Origin: an uncultured Pelagibacteraceae bacterium
GTDB taxonomy: Bacteria > Pseudomonadota > Alphaproteobacteria > Pelagibacterales > Pelagibacteraceae
Direction: 5' to 3'
Length of the DNA: 64,000 nt
Assembly (NCBI GenBank): GCA_902613855.1
Contig: CACMIX010000001.1
Location: 288,717-352,716 of the forward strand
Shown: one piece after another, positions 41,036 to 49,544 of the stretch
Layout: each line of letters begins with the position of its first letter
Position numbering within the stretch: the first letter of the stretch is position 1
Translations under genes and position numbers: made by a program
The notes under the pieces: model-generated
Seen by the model: only the letters and a program-made list of their open reading frames with translations
Database searches by the model: none
Told to the model about the DNA's origin: nothing

Positions 41036-41081
41036 CCTTGCCGCTTGCGGAGTGCCAGTTCGAGTCTGGCCGAGGGCACCA
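40996..41081 (+). tRNA. tRNA-Leu (anticodon UAA), CCA encoded
   Basis: Folded by hand: acceptor GCCCTCG/CGAGGGC, anticodon arm AAGGA-CTTAAAA-TCCTT, long variable arm, T arm GCCAG-TTCGAGT-CTGGC, discriminator A plus CCA. Confidence 0.93.
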
Positions 41082-41085
41082 TTAA

Positions 41086-41856
41086 ATGAACAAACTACAA
41101 ATTATTTCGGACAAAAATAAAAAATCTCTTAGAATTAAATCTTTGCTTACAAAAAAAATTAAAGCAAATAAATTTAAAAAATTAAATCTTATAATTGTAA
41201 TAGGAGGTGATGGTTTTATGCTTCAAACACTTAAAAAAAATAAGAGTCCTAAAAAGCAATTTTATGGAATTAATTCAGGAAATTATGGTTTTCTAATGAA
41301 TATATTTTCTTCAAAAAACATTATTAAAAATTTAACAAAAGCTAATATGATCTCTATTTCCCCTTTAGAAATGACAGTAAAAAATAAAAATAATAAATCA
41401 AAAAAATCAATAGCTATTAATGAAGTTTCAGTTCTAAGACAAAGTAGGCAAGCAGCATCGTTATCAATTAAACATGGTTCAAAACAAATAATGAAAAACT
41501 TAGTTTCTGATGGTGTTCTGGTTTCTACCCCCGCAGGAAGCACTGCCTATAATTTATCAGTTCACGGTCCAATATTAAGTTTGAATTCGAAAAAATTATC
41601 TATTTCTCCAATAAGCCCATTTAGACCTAGAAGATGGAAAGGAAAAATCGTTAATGATAAATCAAAAATTACAATCACTAATTTAAACCCAGTTAAAAGG
41701 CCCATAAGTGCGGTTGCTGATAATTTAGAAGTAAGAAATGCAAAATCAATTACTGTTAAAACTAACTACAAAATTAAGTTCAACTTACTTTATGATAAAA
41801 ATAGAAGTCTACAAAAAAAAATTAAAATAGAGCAATTAAGAAGAGAAACAAACTAG
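41086..41856 (+). CDS. nadK: NAD+ kinase
   Basis: GGDGFML motif and PAGSTAYNLS motif. 256 aa. Confidence 0.88.
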   Translation: MNKLQIISDKNKKSLRIKSLLTKKIKANKFKKLNLIIVIGGDGFMLQTLKKNKSPKKQFYGINSGNYGFLMNIFSSKNIIKNLTKANMISISPLEMTVKNKNNKSKKSIAINEVSVLRQSRQAASLSIKHGSKQIMKNLVSDGVLVSTPAGSTAYNLSVHGPILSLNSKKLSISPISPFRPRRWKGKIVNDKSKITITNLNPVKRPISAVADNLEVRNAKSITVKTNYKIKFNLLYDKNRSLQKKIKIEQLRRETN

Positions 41857-41861
41857 ATCAA

Positions 41862-42746
41862 ATGGATACAGACCAATATTTTTTTAAAAAAAATGGTTAT
41901 CTTTTAAAAAAAAATTTAATTAATAAGAAAACGATAGATAAAATAAACAAACTCATAAATGAAGTTGTATCAAAAGATAAACAAAAAAATAAAAAGAAGA
42001 TTACAAATGGGACACAATCTTATGACAATTATCATTTTGTTTACAGTTCCAATTCCTCAAAAAATAAAGAAATTTTAAGACTTAACAATCCTCAAAACAG
42101 ACATAAAATTTTTTATGATTTGTCTAGAAATAAAAAAATAATATCAATAGTTAAAAAACTGATTGGTGGATCAGTAAGATTTCATTTGGGAAAATTAAAC
42201 TTTAAGCTTCCAAATAAGAAAAAAGGAAGCGAAGTTGGGTGGCATCAAGATTGGGCTTTTTATCCTCACACCAACGATGATTTAGTAACCGTTGGTATTT
42301 ACTTAGATGATTGTTCAGAAAAAAATGGTCCTCTTAAAATAATAAAAAATTCGCACACAAAAAAACTATATAGCCATCATAGTAGTGAAAACTTTTTTGT
42401 TGGAAAAATTGATACAAGTAAGAGCAAAATTGGGGTTAATAATAGTATTTCAATTACAGGTACTGCTGGAACGGTTGTTTTTTTTCATTGCAGATCTGTT
42501 CATGGATCTGGCAGCAATCAAATGAACAGTTCAAGACCTTTAATTCTATTTGGTTATAGAGCATGTGATGCTTGGCCGTTAATTAATGATGGAAACCCTC
42601 ATCCTGAAGTTAACTTAGAAAATTATAATAAAAATATTATTGTCGGAAAAAAATCTATAAAACCAAGATTAACAAAAGTCCCAATCATTATTCCATTACC
42701 TAAAAAAAAACATTATGTTTCTATTTACGAACTTCAAAAAAAATAA
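41862..42746 (+). CDS. phytanoyl-CoA dioxygenase (PhyH) family Fe(II)/2-oxoglutarate dioxygenase
   Basis: 294 aa. WHQDWAFYPH (HxD facial triad), a distal His in FFHCRSVHGSGSN, and a basic residue downstream. Confidence 0.7.
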   Translation: MDTDQYFFKKNGYLLKKNLINKKTIDKINKLINEVVSKDKQKNKKKITNGTQSYDNYHFVYSSNSSKNKEILRLNNPQNRHKIFYDLSRNKKIISIVKKLIGGSVRFHLGKLNFKLPNKKKGSEVGWHQDWAFYPHTNDDLVTVGIYLDDCSEKNGPLKIIKNSHTKKLYSHHSSENFFVGKIDTSKSKIGVNNSISITGTAGTVVFFHCRSVHGSGSNQMNSSRPLILFGYRACDAWPLINDGNPHPEVNLENYNKNIIVGKKSIKPRLTKVPIIIPLPKKKHYVSIYELQKK

Positions 42747-42748
42747 AC

Positions 42749-43435
42749 ATGAAACATAAATTAGAGTTGATATATTTTAAAATGAGAGCTTTGGCAGAAG
42801 CTCCAAGACTTCTTCTTCATTATACTGAAACTGAGTATGACGATATAATGTCATGGGAATACTACGGTAAAGAATGGTCAGAGATAAAATATAAAGTTCC
42901 ATTTAGACAATTACCTATGTTAGTGGTTGATCAAAAACATGAAATTTGTCAGAGTATTGCAATATTAACCTTCATTGAAAAAATTGCAGGTATCAATATT
43001 TCAGATCCAATACTAAATGCTAAAGCGAATGCTGTTATGCAAAGTGCACAAGAATTATTTATGCCGCTCAATCCTGCAATAAATTTTGCAGTAGGGGACA
43101 GTTTTAAAAAAAAAAAAGAGGATATGATGCCTTTTTTGAATACAAGATTTGAGGATTTAGAAAGAGCTTTAAAAGATAATGATAAAAAGTTTTATGTAGA
43201 TGACAAGCCACATGGGTGTGATTTTGCGGTATACCATCATTTAGATTTATCAAAATTACTCGATACAAAACTTATAAATAAATTTCCAAGACTTGAAAAA
43301 TTTATTGAAGATATTGAGTCAATAGAAACAGTTAAATCTTATCTAAATTCAAGACCTGAATTGATTGATGTGAGTGTTGAGCCAAAGTTAGTGATAGATG
43401 GAATTGCTCATCCGACTGGTGTTAAAAAAACTTAA
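42749..43435 (+). CDS. glutathione S-transferase family protein
   Basis: 228 aa. Thioredoxin-like N-terminal domain (FRQLPMLVVDQKHEICQSIAILTFI) plus an alpha-helical C-terminal domain. Confidence 0.65.
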   Translation: MKHKLELIYFKMRALAEAPRLLLHYTETEYDDIMSWEYYGKEWSEIKYKVPFRQLPMLVVDQKHEICQSIAILTFIEKIAGINISDPILNAKANAVMQSAQELFMPLNPAINFAVGDSFKKKKEDMMPFLNTRFEDLERALKDNDKKFYVDDKPHGCDFAVYHHLDLSKLLDTKLINKFPRLEKFIEDIESIETVKSYLNSRPELIDVSVEPKLVIDGIAHPTGVKKT

Positions 43436-43437
43436 TT

Positions 43438-43575
43438 ATGAAAAAAATTCATCCACTTGCCTTAGTGGTAATTGTTTTAGTAGTTGGTTTTTTTTCTTTT
43501 AAAATTATGTCTTTCTTAGGTTGTTATGTTCGTATTGAAGACGTATCTAGATGCTTGAAACTAACAGCGTGGTAA
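43438..43575 (+). CDS. possible 45-aa small hydrophobic protein (below the ORF-track cutoff)
   Basis: ATG at 43438 lies 2 nt after the GST stop. It translates to MKKIHPLALVVIVLVVGFFSFKIMSFLGCYVRIEDVSRCLKLTAW with one clear TM segment. There is no other support. Confidence 0.3.
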   Translation: MKKIHPLALVVIVLVVGFFSFKIMSFLGCYVRIEDVSRCLKLTAW

Positions 43576-43580
43576 GACTC

Positions 43581-44162
43581 ATGAAAAAACTTTTAGGCAT
43601 TATGGTTCTGGGTTTGTTGTGGATTATTCCAGTATCAGCTGATGAAAGATTTATTCCTTTAGAGCTCTTCACTGGCGGTGAAATAAGAGAAGATACAGAA
43701 ATTGAATTTACAAATGCTAATTTGATTTTTGGTAAAAAGAAAAGAAAAAAAATTATTGGACCTGAAGATTGGAAAAATCCTCAATCTGGAGAAACAATAA
43801 AGGTTTATAAAAGAACAAGAAAAAGTCAAAGTGGATTAAAAACACAGTTATTTACAGTCACTAATAATGGACAGTGTATTGGTAGAGTTTGGGATAGTAG
43901 ACGTGGAGGTAGAGTAATAAAAAATGGATGTAAATTTCCTTTAGGAGTTTGGAAAAAAGGTGAGACCAGGTCATTTAAAGGTGCTTCAGGCGGTAAGCCA
44001 AGAATAATAGAATTGACTATTTTAAAATTAGGAAAGAAGCAAAAAGATAAAGTAAAATTTAATTGGAAGCTTTATGATGGAAGTGGAAAATTAATGGATG
44101 ACAATGATTATACTTTTTCCCCTGGAAAAGCTATGACTAAGCTTAATGATAAAAAATTATAA
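43581..44162 (+). CDS. uncharacterised secreted, strongly basic protein
   Basis: The ATG at 43581 gives a canonical signal peptide, MKKLLGIMVLGLLWIIPVSA|DE. The mature protein is Lys/Arg-rich with two Cys. No recognisable domain. Confidence 0.6.
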   Translation: MKKLLGIMVLGLLWIIPVSADERFIPLELFTGGEIREDTEIEFTNANLIFGKKKRKKIIGPEDWKNPQSGETIKVYKRTRKSQSGLKTQLFTVTNNGQCIGRVWDSRRGGRVIKNGCKFPLGVWKKGETRSFKGASGGKPRIIELTILKLGKKQKDKVKFNWKLYDGSGKLMDDNDYTFSPGKAMTKLNDKKL

Positions 44163-44243
44163 TTAATCTCGACACTCTAAAAATAAAACAGTTATAAGTT
44201 ATTAATTATATTAAAAAAAATTATTATTGAGTTTATTGAGTGA

Positions 44244-44319
44244 TGGTGCCCCCGCACGGATTCGAACCGCGGACCTATTGATTACAAATCAATTGCTCTA
44301 CCAACTGAGCTACAAGGGC
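44244..44319 (-). tRNA. tRNA-Thr (anticodon UGU), CCA encoded
   Basis: The reverse complement folds as acceptor GCCCTTG/CGGGGGC (two G.U pairs), D arm GCTC/GAGC, anticodon arm ATTGA-TTTGTAA-TCAAT, T loop TTCGAAT. Confidence 0.9.
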
Positions 44320-44352
44320 ATGCGCAATAATTATTAACTATTTATTAAATAA

Positions 44353-45096
44353 TCAACTCTTTTTTTTAATATAACTTAAATGATGAAAGACAATAGCAGC
44401 ACTATTAGAGATATTTAAACTTTCAATCTTATCATTCATATTAATTTTAACAAAGAAATCAGCGTATTTACTAGTATGTTGTCTCATTCCAAAACCTTCA
44501 GATCCAAATAATAAAATATTATTTCCTTCCCACTTGATGTCTGTAAAATCCTTTTCACCCCTTGCATCAAAACCATAAACCCAAAAATTTTTTTCTCTTA
44601 GATTTTTTAGTGTTGAATTTATATTAGATACTTCAAAAATATTTAAATGCTCCATACATCCGCTAGCTGATTTATACATTAACTTACTATCACTTGGAAA
44701 ATGTCTTTCTTTTATTATCAAACCATCAATTTTAAATGATGCTGCACTCCTAATTAAAGAACCAATATTTCTTGGGTCTGTTACTTCATCTAAACAAACA
44801 AATGTGAGATTATTTTTATCTTTTATAAATTGTTTAAGATCAGTTTGATCTAAATGTTCTACCTCCGCAACATAACCATTATGCATTAACTGTTCTTTAG
44901 ATGAATATTTATCCAGCTCTTTTTTTGATTTAAAATAAACTTTAACGTCTTCTAAAAGATTTTTATTTTGGTTTTTTCTGTGAATATTTTTTTTTGCTTC
45001 TTCAGTTAAAAAAACCCTTAAAACCTTCCTTTGAGGGTTTCGAAGAGCTTCGATAACTGCATGTTGACCAACAATAAAAAATGATGATTTGTTCAT
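44353..45096 (-). CDS. rlmB: SpoU/TrmH-family rRNA 2'-O-methyltransferase, RlmB-like
   Basis: 247 aa. N-terminal SpoU substrate-binding domain (GQHAVIEALRN) and SPOUT motifs DPRNIGSLIRSA, LLFGSEGFGM and LNISNSAAIV. Confidence 0.8.
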   Translation of the reverse strand: MNKSSFFIVGQHAVIEALRNPQRKVLRVFLTEEAKKNIHRKNQNKNLLEDVKVYFKSKKELDKYSSKEQLMHNGYVAEVEHLDQTDLKQFIKDKNNLTFVCLDEVTDPRNIGSLIRSAASFKIDGLIIKERHFPSDSKLMYKSASGCMEHLNIFEVSNINSTLKNLREKNFWVYGFDARGEKDFTDIKWEGNNILLFGSEGFGMRQHTSKYADFFVKINMNDKIESLNISNSAAIVFHHLSYIKKKS

Positions 45097-45224
45097 AAAT
45101 TATCATGAGTTTTACACGTTTTTTTGAATATTTGGCTATTAAATCACGTGTTGCATTTGCATAAATAAAATATATAAAACGCATGTTGTTTGAAGCTTTA
45201 TTGAACAGGGGACACTTCCCCATG

Positions 45225-45310
45225 GGAGGGGTTCCAGAGCGGTCAAATGGGGCGGGCTGTAAACCCGTTGACTTCGGTCTTCGAAAGTTCGAATCTTTCC
45301 CCCTCCACCA
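45225..45310 (+). tRNA. tRNA-Tyr (anticodon GUA), long variable arm, CCA encoded
   Basis: Acceptor GGAGGGG/CCCCTCC, anticodon loop CTGTAAA, T arm GAAAG-TTCGAAT-CTTTC. Confidence 0.93.
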
Positions 45311-45356
45311 TTCAGTAGAATTTTAAGTGGCAATGGAGTGTTACTCTTGGGGTTGT

Positions 45357-45430
45357 GCGGGTGTAGTTCAATGGTAGAACGCTAGCCTTCCAAGCTGGAT
45401 GTAAGGGTTCGATTCCCTTTACCCGCTCCA
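45357..45430 (+). tRNA. tRNA-Gly (anticodon UCC), CCA encoded
   Basis: Acceptor GCGGGTG/TACCCGC, anticodon loop CTTCCAA, T arm AGGGT-TCGATTC-CCTTT region. Confidence 0.93.
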
Positions 45431-45476
45431 AGAAAAAAATTAGTAATGAAACAAATAAAACTGAGGTAAAAAAGTA

Positions 45477-46667
45477 ATGTCGAAAGAAAAATTTGTAAGA
45501 AATAAACCCCACTGTAACATTGGGACTATTGGTCATGTCGACCATGGTAAAACAACTCTTACTGCTGCAATCACAAATGTGTTAGCACAAGCAGGTGGTG
45601 GAACTGCGGTTGCTTACGATCAAATTGATAAAGCACCAGAAGAAAAAGAAAGAGGAATAACAATTTCAACTGCTCACGTTGAGTATGAAACTGAAAAGAG
45701 ACACTATGCTCACGTAGATTGTCCAGGTCACGCTGACTACGTAAAAAATATGATTACAGGTGCAGCACAAATGGATGGTGCGATTTTAGTTGTAAATGCT
45801 GCAGACGGTCCAATGCCACAAACTAGAGAACATATTCTTTTAGGTAGACAAGTTGGTATTCCAGCAATTGTTGTTTATCTTAATAAAGTTGATCAAGTCG
45901 ACGATAAAGAAATGATTGAACTTGTAGAAGAAGAAATAAAAGAACTTTTAACTTCTTATAAATATCCAGGTGACAAAACACCAATCGTTAAAGGTTCTGC
46001 TTTAGCAGCTGTTGAGGGAAGAGATGATGAAATTGGAAAAAATTCAATTTTAGAATTAATGAAAGCTGTTGACGAACATATCCCACAACCAACTAGAGAA
46101 GTAGATAAGCCTTTCCTGATGCCTGTTGAGGATGTATTTTCAATTTCTGGTAGAGGAACAGTTGCAACTGGTAGAGTTGAATCAGGTGTGATCAAAACTG
46201 GTGAAGAAGTTGAAATCGTTGGAATTAAAGAAACAAAAAAATCAGTTTGCACTGGTGTTGAAATGTTTAGAAAACTTTTAGATACAGGTGAAGCTGGAGA
46301 TAATGTTGGAATTTTATTGAGAGGTATAGAAAGAGATGACATCGAAAGAGGTCAAGTACTTTGTAAACCTGGATCAATTACTCCACACACTAAATTTGAA
46401 GCTCAAGCGTATGTACTTAAAAAAGATGAAGGTGGAAGGCACACTCCATTCTTTACTAAATACAGACCACAGTTTTATTTTAGAACAACAGATGTAACAG
46501 GTGAGGTAGAATTACCAGCTGGAACTGAAATGGTTATGCCAGGTGATGATGCTAAATTCACAGTTAAATTAATTACACCGATTGCAATGGCCGAAAAATT
46601 AAACTTTGCTATTCGAGAAGGTGGAAGAACTGTTGGAGCAGGAGTAGTAACTAAAATTATAGAGTAA
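45477..46667 (+). CDS. tuf: elongation factor Tu
   Basis: 396 aa. [21 protein letters not shown]. Confidence 0.99.
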   Translation: MSKEKFVRNKPHCNIGTIGHVDHGKTTLTAAITNVLAQAGGGTAVAYDQIDKAPEEKERGITISTAHVEYETEKRHYAHVDCPGHADYVKNMITGAAQMDGAILVVNAADGPMPQTREHILLGRQVGIPAIVVYLNKVDQVDDKEMIELVEEEIKELLTSYKYPGDKTPIVKGSALAAVEGRDDEIGKNSILELMKAVDEHIPQPTREVDKPFLMPVEDVFSISGRGTVATGRVESGVIKTGEEVEIVGIKETKKSVCTGVEMFRKLLDTGEAGDNVGILLRGIERDDIERGQVLCKPGSITPHTKFEAQAYVLKKDEGGRHTPFFTKYRPQFYFRTTDVTGEVELPAGTEMVMPGDDAKFTVKLITPIAMAEKLNFAIREGGRTVGAGVVTKIIE

Positions 46668-46678
46668 CTCTATAAATA

Positions 46679-46753
46679 GGAGTGTAGCTCAATTGGTAGA
46701 GCGCCGGTCTCCAAAACCGGAGGCTGAGGGTTCGAGTCCCTCCGCTCCTGCCA
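46679..46753 (+). tRNA. tRNA-Trp (anticodon CCA), CCA end encoded
   Basis: Acceptor AGGAGTG/CGCTCCT, anticodon arm CCGGT-CTCCAAA-ACCGG, T arm GAGGG-TTCGAGT-CCCTC. Confidence 0.93.
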
Positions 46754-46770
46754 ATTAGAGCTAAAAAAGT

Positions 46771-46962
46771 ATGAGAAACCCGATTAAATTTATTCAAGAA
46801 GTTAAACAAGAGGCATTTAAAGTTACTTGGCCTACTTGGAAAGAGACTTTGCAAGGTGCCTTGATGGTATTTGCCATGGCTGTGGTTATGTCTCTATTTT
46901 TCTTACTTTTAGATCAGGTTTTAAAGTTTTTCTTAGAACTTTTACTTAAGGTAAGTATTTAA
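46771..46962 (+). CDS. secE: preprotein translocase subunit SecE (single-TM short form)
   Basis: 63 aa. FIQEVKQEAFKVTWPTWKE followed by one TM segment. Canonical position before nusG. Confidence 0.9.
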   Translation: MRNPIKFIQEVKQEAFKVTWPTWKETLQGALMVFAMAVVMSLFFLLLDQVLKFFLELLLKVSI

Positions 46963-47492
46963 TGAAAAACTGGTATATTGTTCAATCTCATTCTAGCTTT
47001 GAAAATAAGGTTGCTTCATTAATTAAAGAAGAAGCAGATAAAGCTAAAATTAGTGAAAAATTTGAAGAAATTGTTGTTCCAACTCACGATGTTACTGAAG
47101 TAAAAAGAGGTAAAAGAATTCAAAGAAAAAAGAAATATTTTCCTGGATATGTATTAATTAAAAGTGAGATGGACAATAATATTTATCATATGATAAAGAA
47201 CATAAAAAGAGTGAGTGGCTTCCTTGGCACCAAGGGTATTCCAGTTCCTGTTTCAGATAAGGAAGTAGAAAAGATTTTAGGTCAAATAAAAGATGGTGTG
47301 GCTCAGCCAAAATCTGGTATAGAATATAGCATTGGTGAAAAAGTTCAGGTTGTTGATGGCCCTTTTGCTTCATTTAGTGGAATGATTGAAGAAATAGATG
47401 AAGAAAAGTCTAGACTTAAAGTGTCAGTTTCTATATTTGGACGTCCAACACCAGTAGATTTAGAATATAACCAAGTTGAGAAAGCAAGTTAA
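46962..47492 (+). CDS. nusG: transcription termination/antitermination factor NusG
   Basis: 176 aa. WYIVQ start with NGN and KOW domains ([22 protein letters not shown]). Confidence 0.97.
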   Translation: MKNWYIVQSHSSFENKVASLIKEEADKAKISEKFEEIVVPTHDVTEVKRGKRIQRKKKYFPGYVLIKSEMDNNIYHMIKNIKRVSGFLGTKGIPVPVSDKEVEKILGQIKDGVAQPKSGIEYSIGEKVQVVDGPFASFSGMIEEIDEEKSRLKVSVSIFGRPTPVDLEYNQVEKAS

Positions 47493-47917
47493 TGGCAAAA
47501 GAAATTAGTGGATTCATAAAATTACAAATCAAAGGTGGTCAAGCTAACCCAGCTCCACCAGTAGGACCTGCTTTAGGTCAACGGGGTGTAAACATCATGG
47601 AATTTTGTAAAGCTTTCAATGATAAAACAAAATCAATGGCAGGCAAACCTGTTCCTGTTGAAATTACAGTTTATAAAGACAAAAAATTTGACTTTAAAAT
47701 TAAATCACCTCCTGCATCTTACTATATTAAAGAGGCAGTAAAACTTAAGGGTGGATCAAAAGAACCAGGAAGAAATATTGTAGCTTCAATTTCTAAAAAA
47801 CAATTAGAGGATATTGCTAAAGAAAAAATGAATGATCTTAACGCTCATGACATCAATGAAGCAGTAAAAATTATAGCAGGATCTGCAAGATCAATGGGTA
47901 TAGAGGTAAAAGAATAA
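47492..47917 (+). CDS. rplK: 50S ribosomal protein L11
   Basis: 141 aa. [24 protein letters not shown]. Confidence 0.98.
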   Translation: MAKEISGFIKLQIKGGQANPAPPVGPALGQRGVNIMEFCKAFNDKTKSMAGKPVPVEITVYKDKKFDFKIKSPPASYYIKEAVKLKGGSKEPGRNIVASISKKQLEDIAKEKMNDLNAHDINEAVKIIAGSARSMGIEVKE

Positions 47918-48606
47918 TGCCTTCAAAAAGATTTAAAAATTTGCCAAAAAAAACGAAAGATCTTAGCCCTGAGACTTTTGAAAAATTGATACCAGAATTA
48001 AAAAAAAATTGTACTACCAAGTTTGATGAGTCTTTAGATTTAAGTTTTCAAATAAACAACAAACAAAAGAAGAGCGAAGTTAATATTAGAACAGTGGTTA
48101 ATTTACCAGGTGGAACAGGTAAGAAAGTAAAAGTTGCAGTTGTTTGTGAAGACAATAAAGCTCAAGAGGCTAAAGATGCAGGAGCAGATATTGTAGGTAG
48201 TGATGAATTTGTTGAAAAAATTAAAGGTGGTGAATTAAATTTCGAAAAATTAATTTGTACACCTGGAATGATGGTGAAACTTTCAAAATTAGGAAAAGTT
48301 TTAGGACCAAAAGGTTTAATGCCAAATCCAAAACTTGGCTCTGTGTCTGATAATATTAAAGAGGCAGTTACAAATGCTAAATCAGGTCAGGTTGAAATCA
48401 GAAATGATAAAGATGGTAATATAGGTGTAAGTATTGGTAAAAAATCTTTTAGTGATGACCAACTAATGAAAAATTACAATGCTATATTAGAAACTTTAGA
48501 AAAAGAAAAATCAAATAATACTCTAAAAGGGGATTTAATAAAAAATGTTTTTGCAACCTCAACAATGGGTGTCTCTTATAAAGTTAAATTAGGTAAGTCG
48601 ATATAG
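47917..48606 (+). CDS. rplA: 50S ribosomal protein L1
   Basis: 229 aa with an L1 sequence (LGPKGLMPNPK). Operon position supports the call. Confidence 0.97.
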   Translation: MPSKRFKNLPKKTKDLSPETFEKLIPELKKNCTTKFDESLDLSFQINNKQKKSEVNIRTVVNLPGGTGKKVKVAVVCEDNKAQEAKDAGADIVGSDEFVEKIKGGELNFEKLICTPGMMVKLSKLGKVLGPKGLMPNPKLGSVSDNIKEAVTNAKSGQVEIRNDKDGNIGVSIGKKSFSDDQLMKNYNAILETLEKEKSNNTLKGDLIKNVFATSTMGVSYKVKLGKSI

Positions 48607-48608
48607 TT

Positions 48609-49130
48609 ATGATGAATAAAGACCAAAAGAAAAATTATATTCAAGAAATGACCTCTAAATTTGAGAACAGCAAAGCTGTTATGGTTACTCATTATCAAGG
48701 TTTAACTATGACTCAATTAGATGATTTAAGAGCAAAAATGAGAGAGCATGGAATTGTTTTTAAAATTACTAAAAATAGAATTACTAAACTTGCTTTAGAA
48801 AAAACTAAATGCAAAGATTTGACTAATTTGTTCACTGGCCCAACAGCGGTTGCTTTTGGAGAGGATGCAATTATGTCTGCAAGGATTCTATCAAAATTTG
48901 CAAAGGATAATGAAAATTTAAAATTAATTGGCGGCATAATGGATAATGAAGTCTTAGATCAGACTGGTGTCCAAAATGTAGCAAGTTTACCTACTTTAGA
49001 TGAAGCTAGAGCTAATATTGTGGGTATTTTAAACGCACCTGCATCTAAATTAATTAGCATTTTACTTGCACATTCGGAAAAAATGAGTAGTTTGACCGCA
49101 GAAAATTCTGAAACACAACCCAAAGAGTAA
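48609..49130 (+). CDS. rplJ: 50S ribosomal protein L10
   Basis: 173 aa with an L10 sequence. Lies between rplA and rplL. Confidence 0.95.
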   Translation: MMNKDQKKNYIQEMTSKFENSKAVMVTHYQGLTMTQLDDLRAKMREHGIVFKITKNRITKLALEKTKCKDLTNLFTGPTAVAFGEDAIMSARILSKFAKDNENLKLIGGIMDNEVLDQTGVQNVASLPTLDEARANIVGILNAPASKLISILLAHSEKMSSLTAENSETQPKE

Positions 49131-49135
49131 TTGAT

Positions 49136-49501
49136 ATGCCTGACCTTAACAAAATTATTGAAGATCTTTCAAGTTTAACAGTTGCAGAAGCAGCTGAACT
49201 TTCAAAACAACTAGAAGAAAAATGGGGTGTAACTCCAATGGCCGCTGCAGCTCCAGCAGCAGCAGGTGGTGCAGCTCCAGCAGAAGAAAAAGATGATTTT
49301 ACTATCATGTTAGTTTCTGCAGGTGATAAAAAAATTAATGTTATTAAAGAAGTAAGAGCAGCTACTTCATTAGGATTAAAAGAAGCTAAAGATCTAGTAG
49401 AGGGAGCACCAAAAGAAGTCAAATCTGGTGTTAACAAAAAAGAAGCTGAAGAGATCAAAGCTAAGTTAGAAGCTGCAGGCGCTAAAGTAGAACTTAAGTA
49501 A
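49136..49501 (+). CDS. rplL: 50S ribosomal protein L7/L12
   Basis: 121 aa. Ala/Pro-rich hinge and C-terminal domain [26 protein letters not shown]. Confidence 0.98.
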   Translation: MPDLNKIIEDLSSLTVAEAAELSKQLEEKWGVTPMAAAAPAAAGGAAPAEEKDDFTIMLVSAGDKKINVIKEVRAATSLGLKEAKDLVEGAPKEVKSGVNKKEAEEIKAKLEAAGAKVELK

Positions 49502-49520
49502 ATTAATAAGAAAGAATTCA

Positions 49521-49544
49521 AGTACTGATTATTTAATCAGTATT
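49521..49544 (+). promoter_or_regulatory. hairpin in the rplL-rpoB spacer; candidate attenuator or RNA-processing site
   Basis: TACTGATT (49523-49530) pairs with AATCAGTA (49535-49542), loop ATTT. The stem is extendable by a G.U and an A-U pair. The downstream U-tract is poor (ATTAAAT), so this is not a classic strong terminator. Confidence 0.4.

Noticed and set aside
45208-45221. GGGGA-cact-TCCCC hairpin immediately 5' of tRNA-Tyr.
   Set aside because: It is only a 5-bp stem. It probably just reflects complementarity with the G-rich tRNA acceptor 5' strand or a processing leader, and it is not distinctive enough to call.
45002-45545. Three minus-strand ORFs of 73, 64 and 77 aa.
   Set aside because: They run through the rlmB start region, tRNA-Tyr, tRNA-Gly and the tuf start. 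The open frames are created by the GC-rich tRNA sequence, so they are not credible CDSs.
45956-46342. 128-aa ORF antisense to tuf. The same applies to 52507-52836 and 49868-50065 (antisense to rpoB), to 57346-57735, 55636-55893, 54460-54657, 54837-55025 and 56639-56833 (antisense to rpoC), and to 59089-59286 (antisense to fusA).
   Set aside because: All lie inside highly conserved, confidently called genes on the other strand. None has a domain signature.
46657-46854. 65-aa minus-strand ORF.
   Set aside because: It overlaps tRNA-Trp and the secE start, so it is spurious.
49054-49521. 155-aa minus-strand ORF, Ala/Ser-rich.
   Set aside because: It is exactly antisense to rplL and the end of rplJ. 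It is a mirror image of the Ala-rich L7/L12 hinge, and the plus-strand genes are unambiguous.
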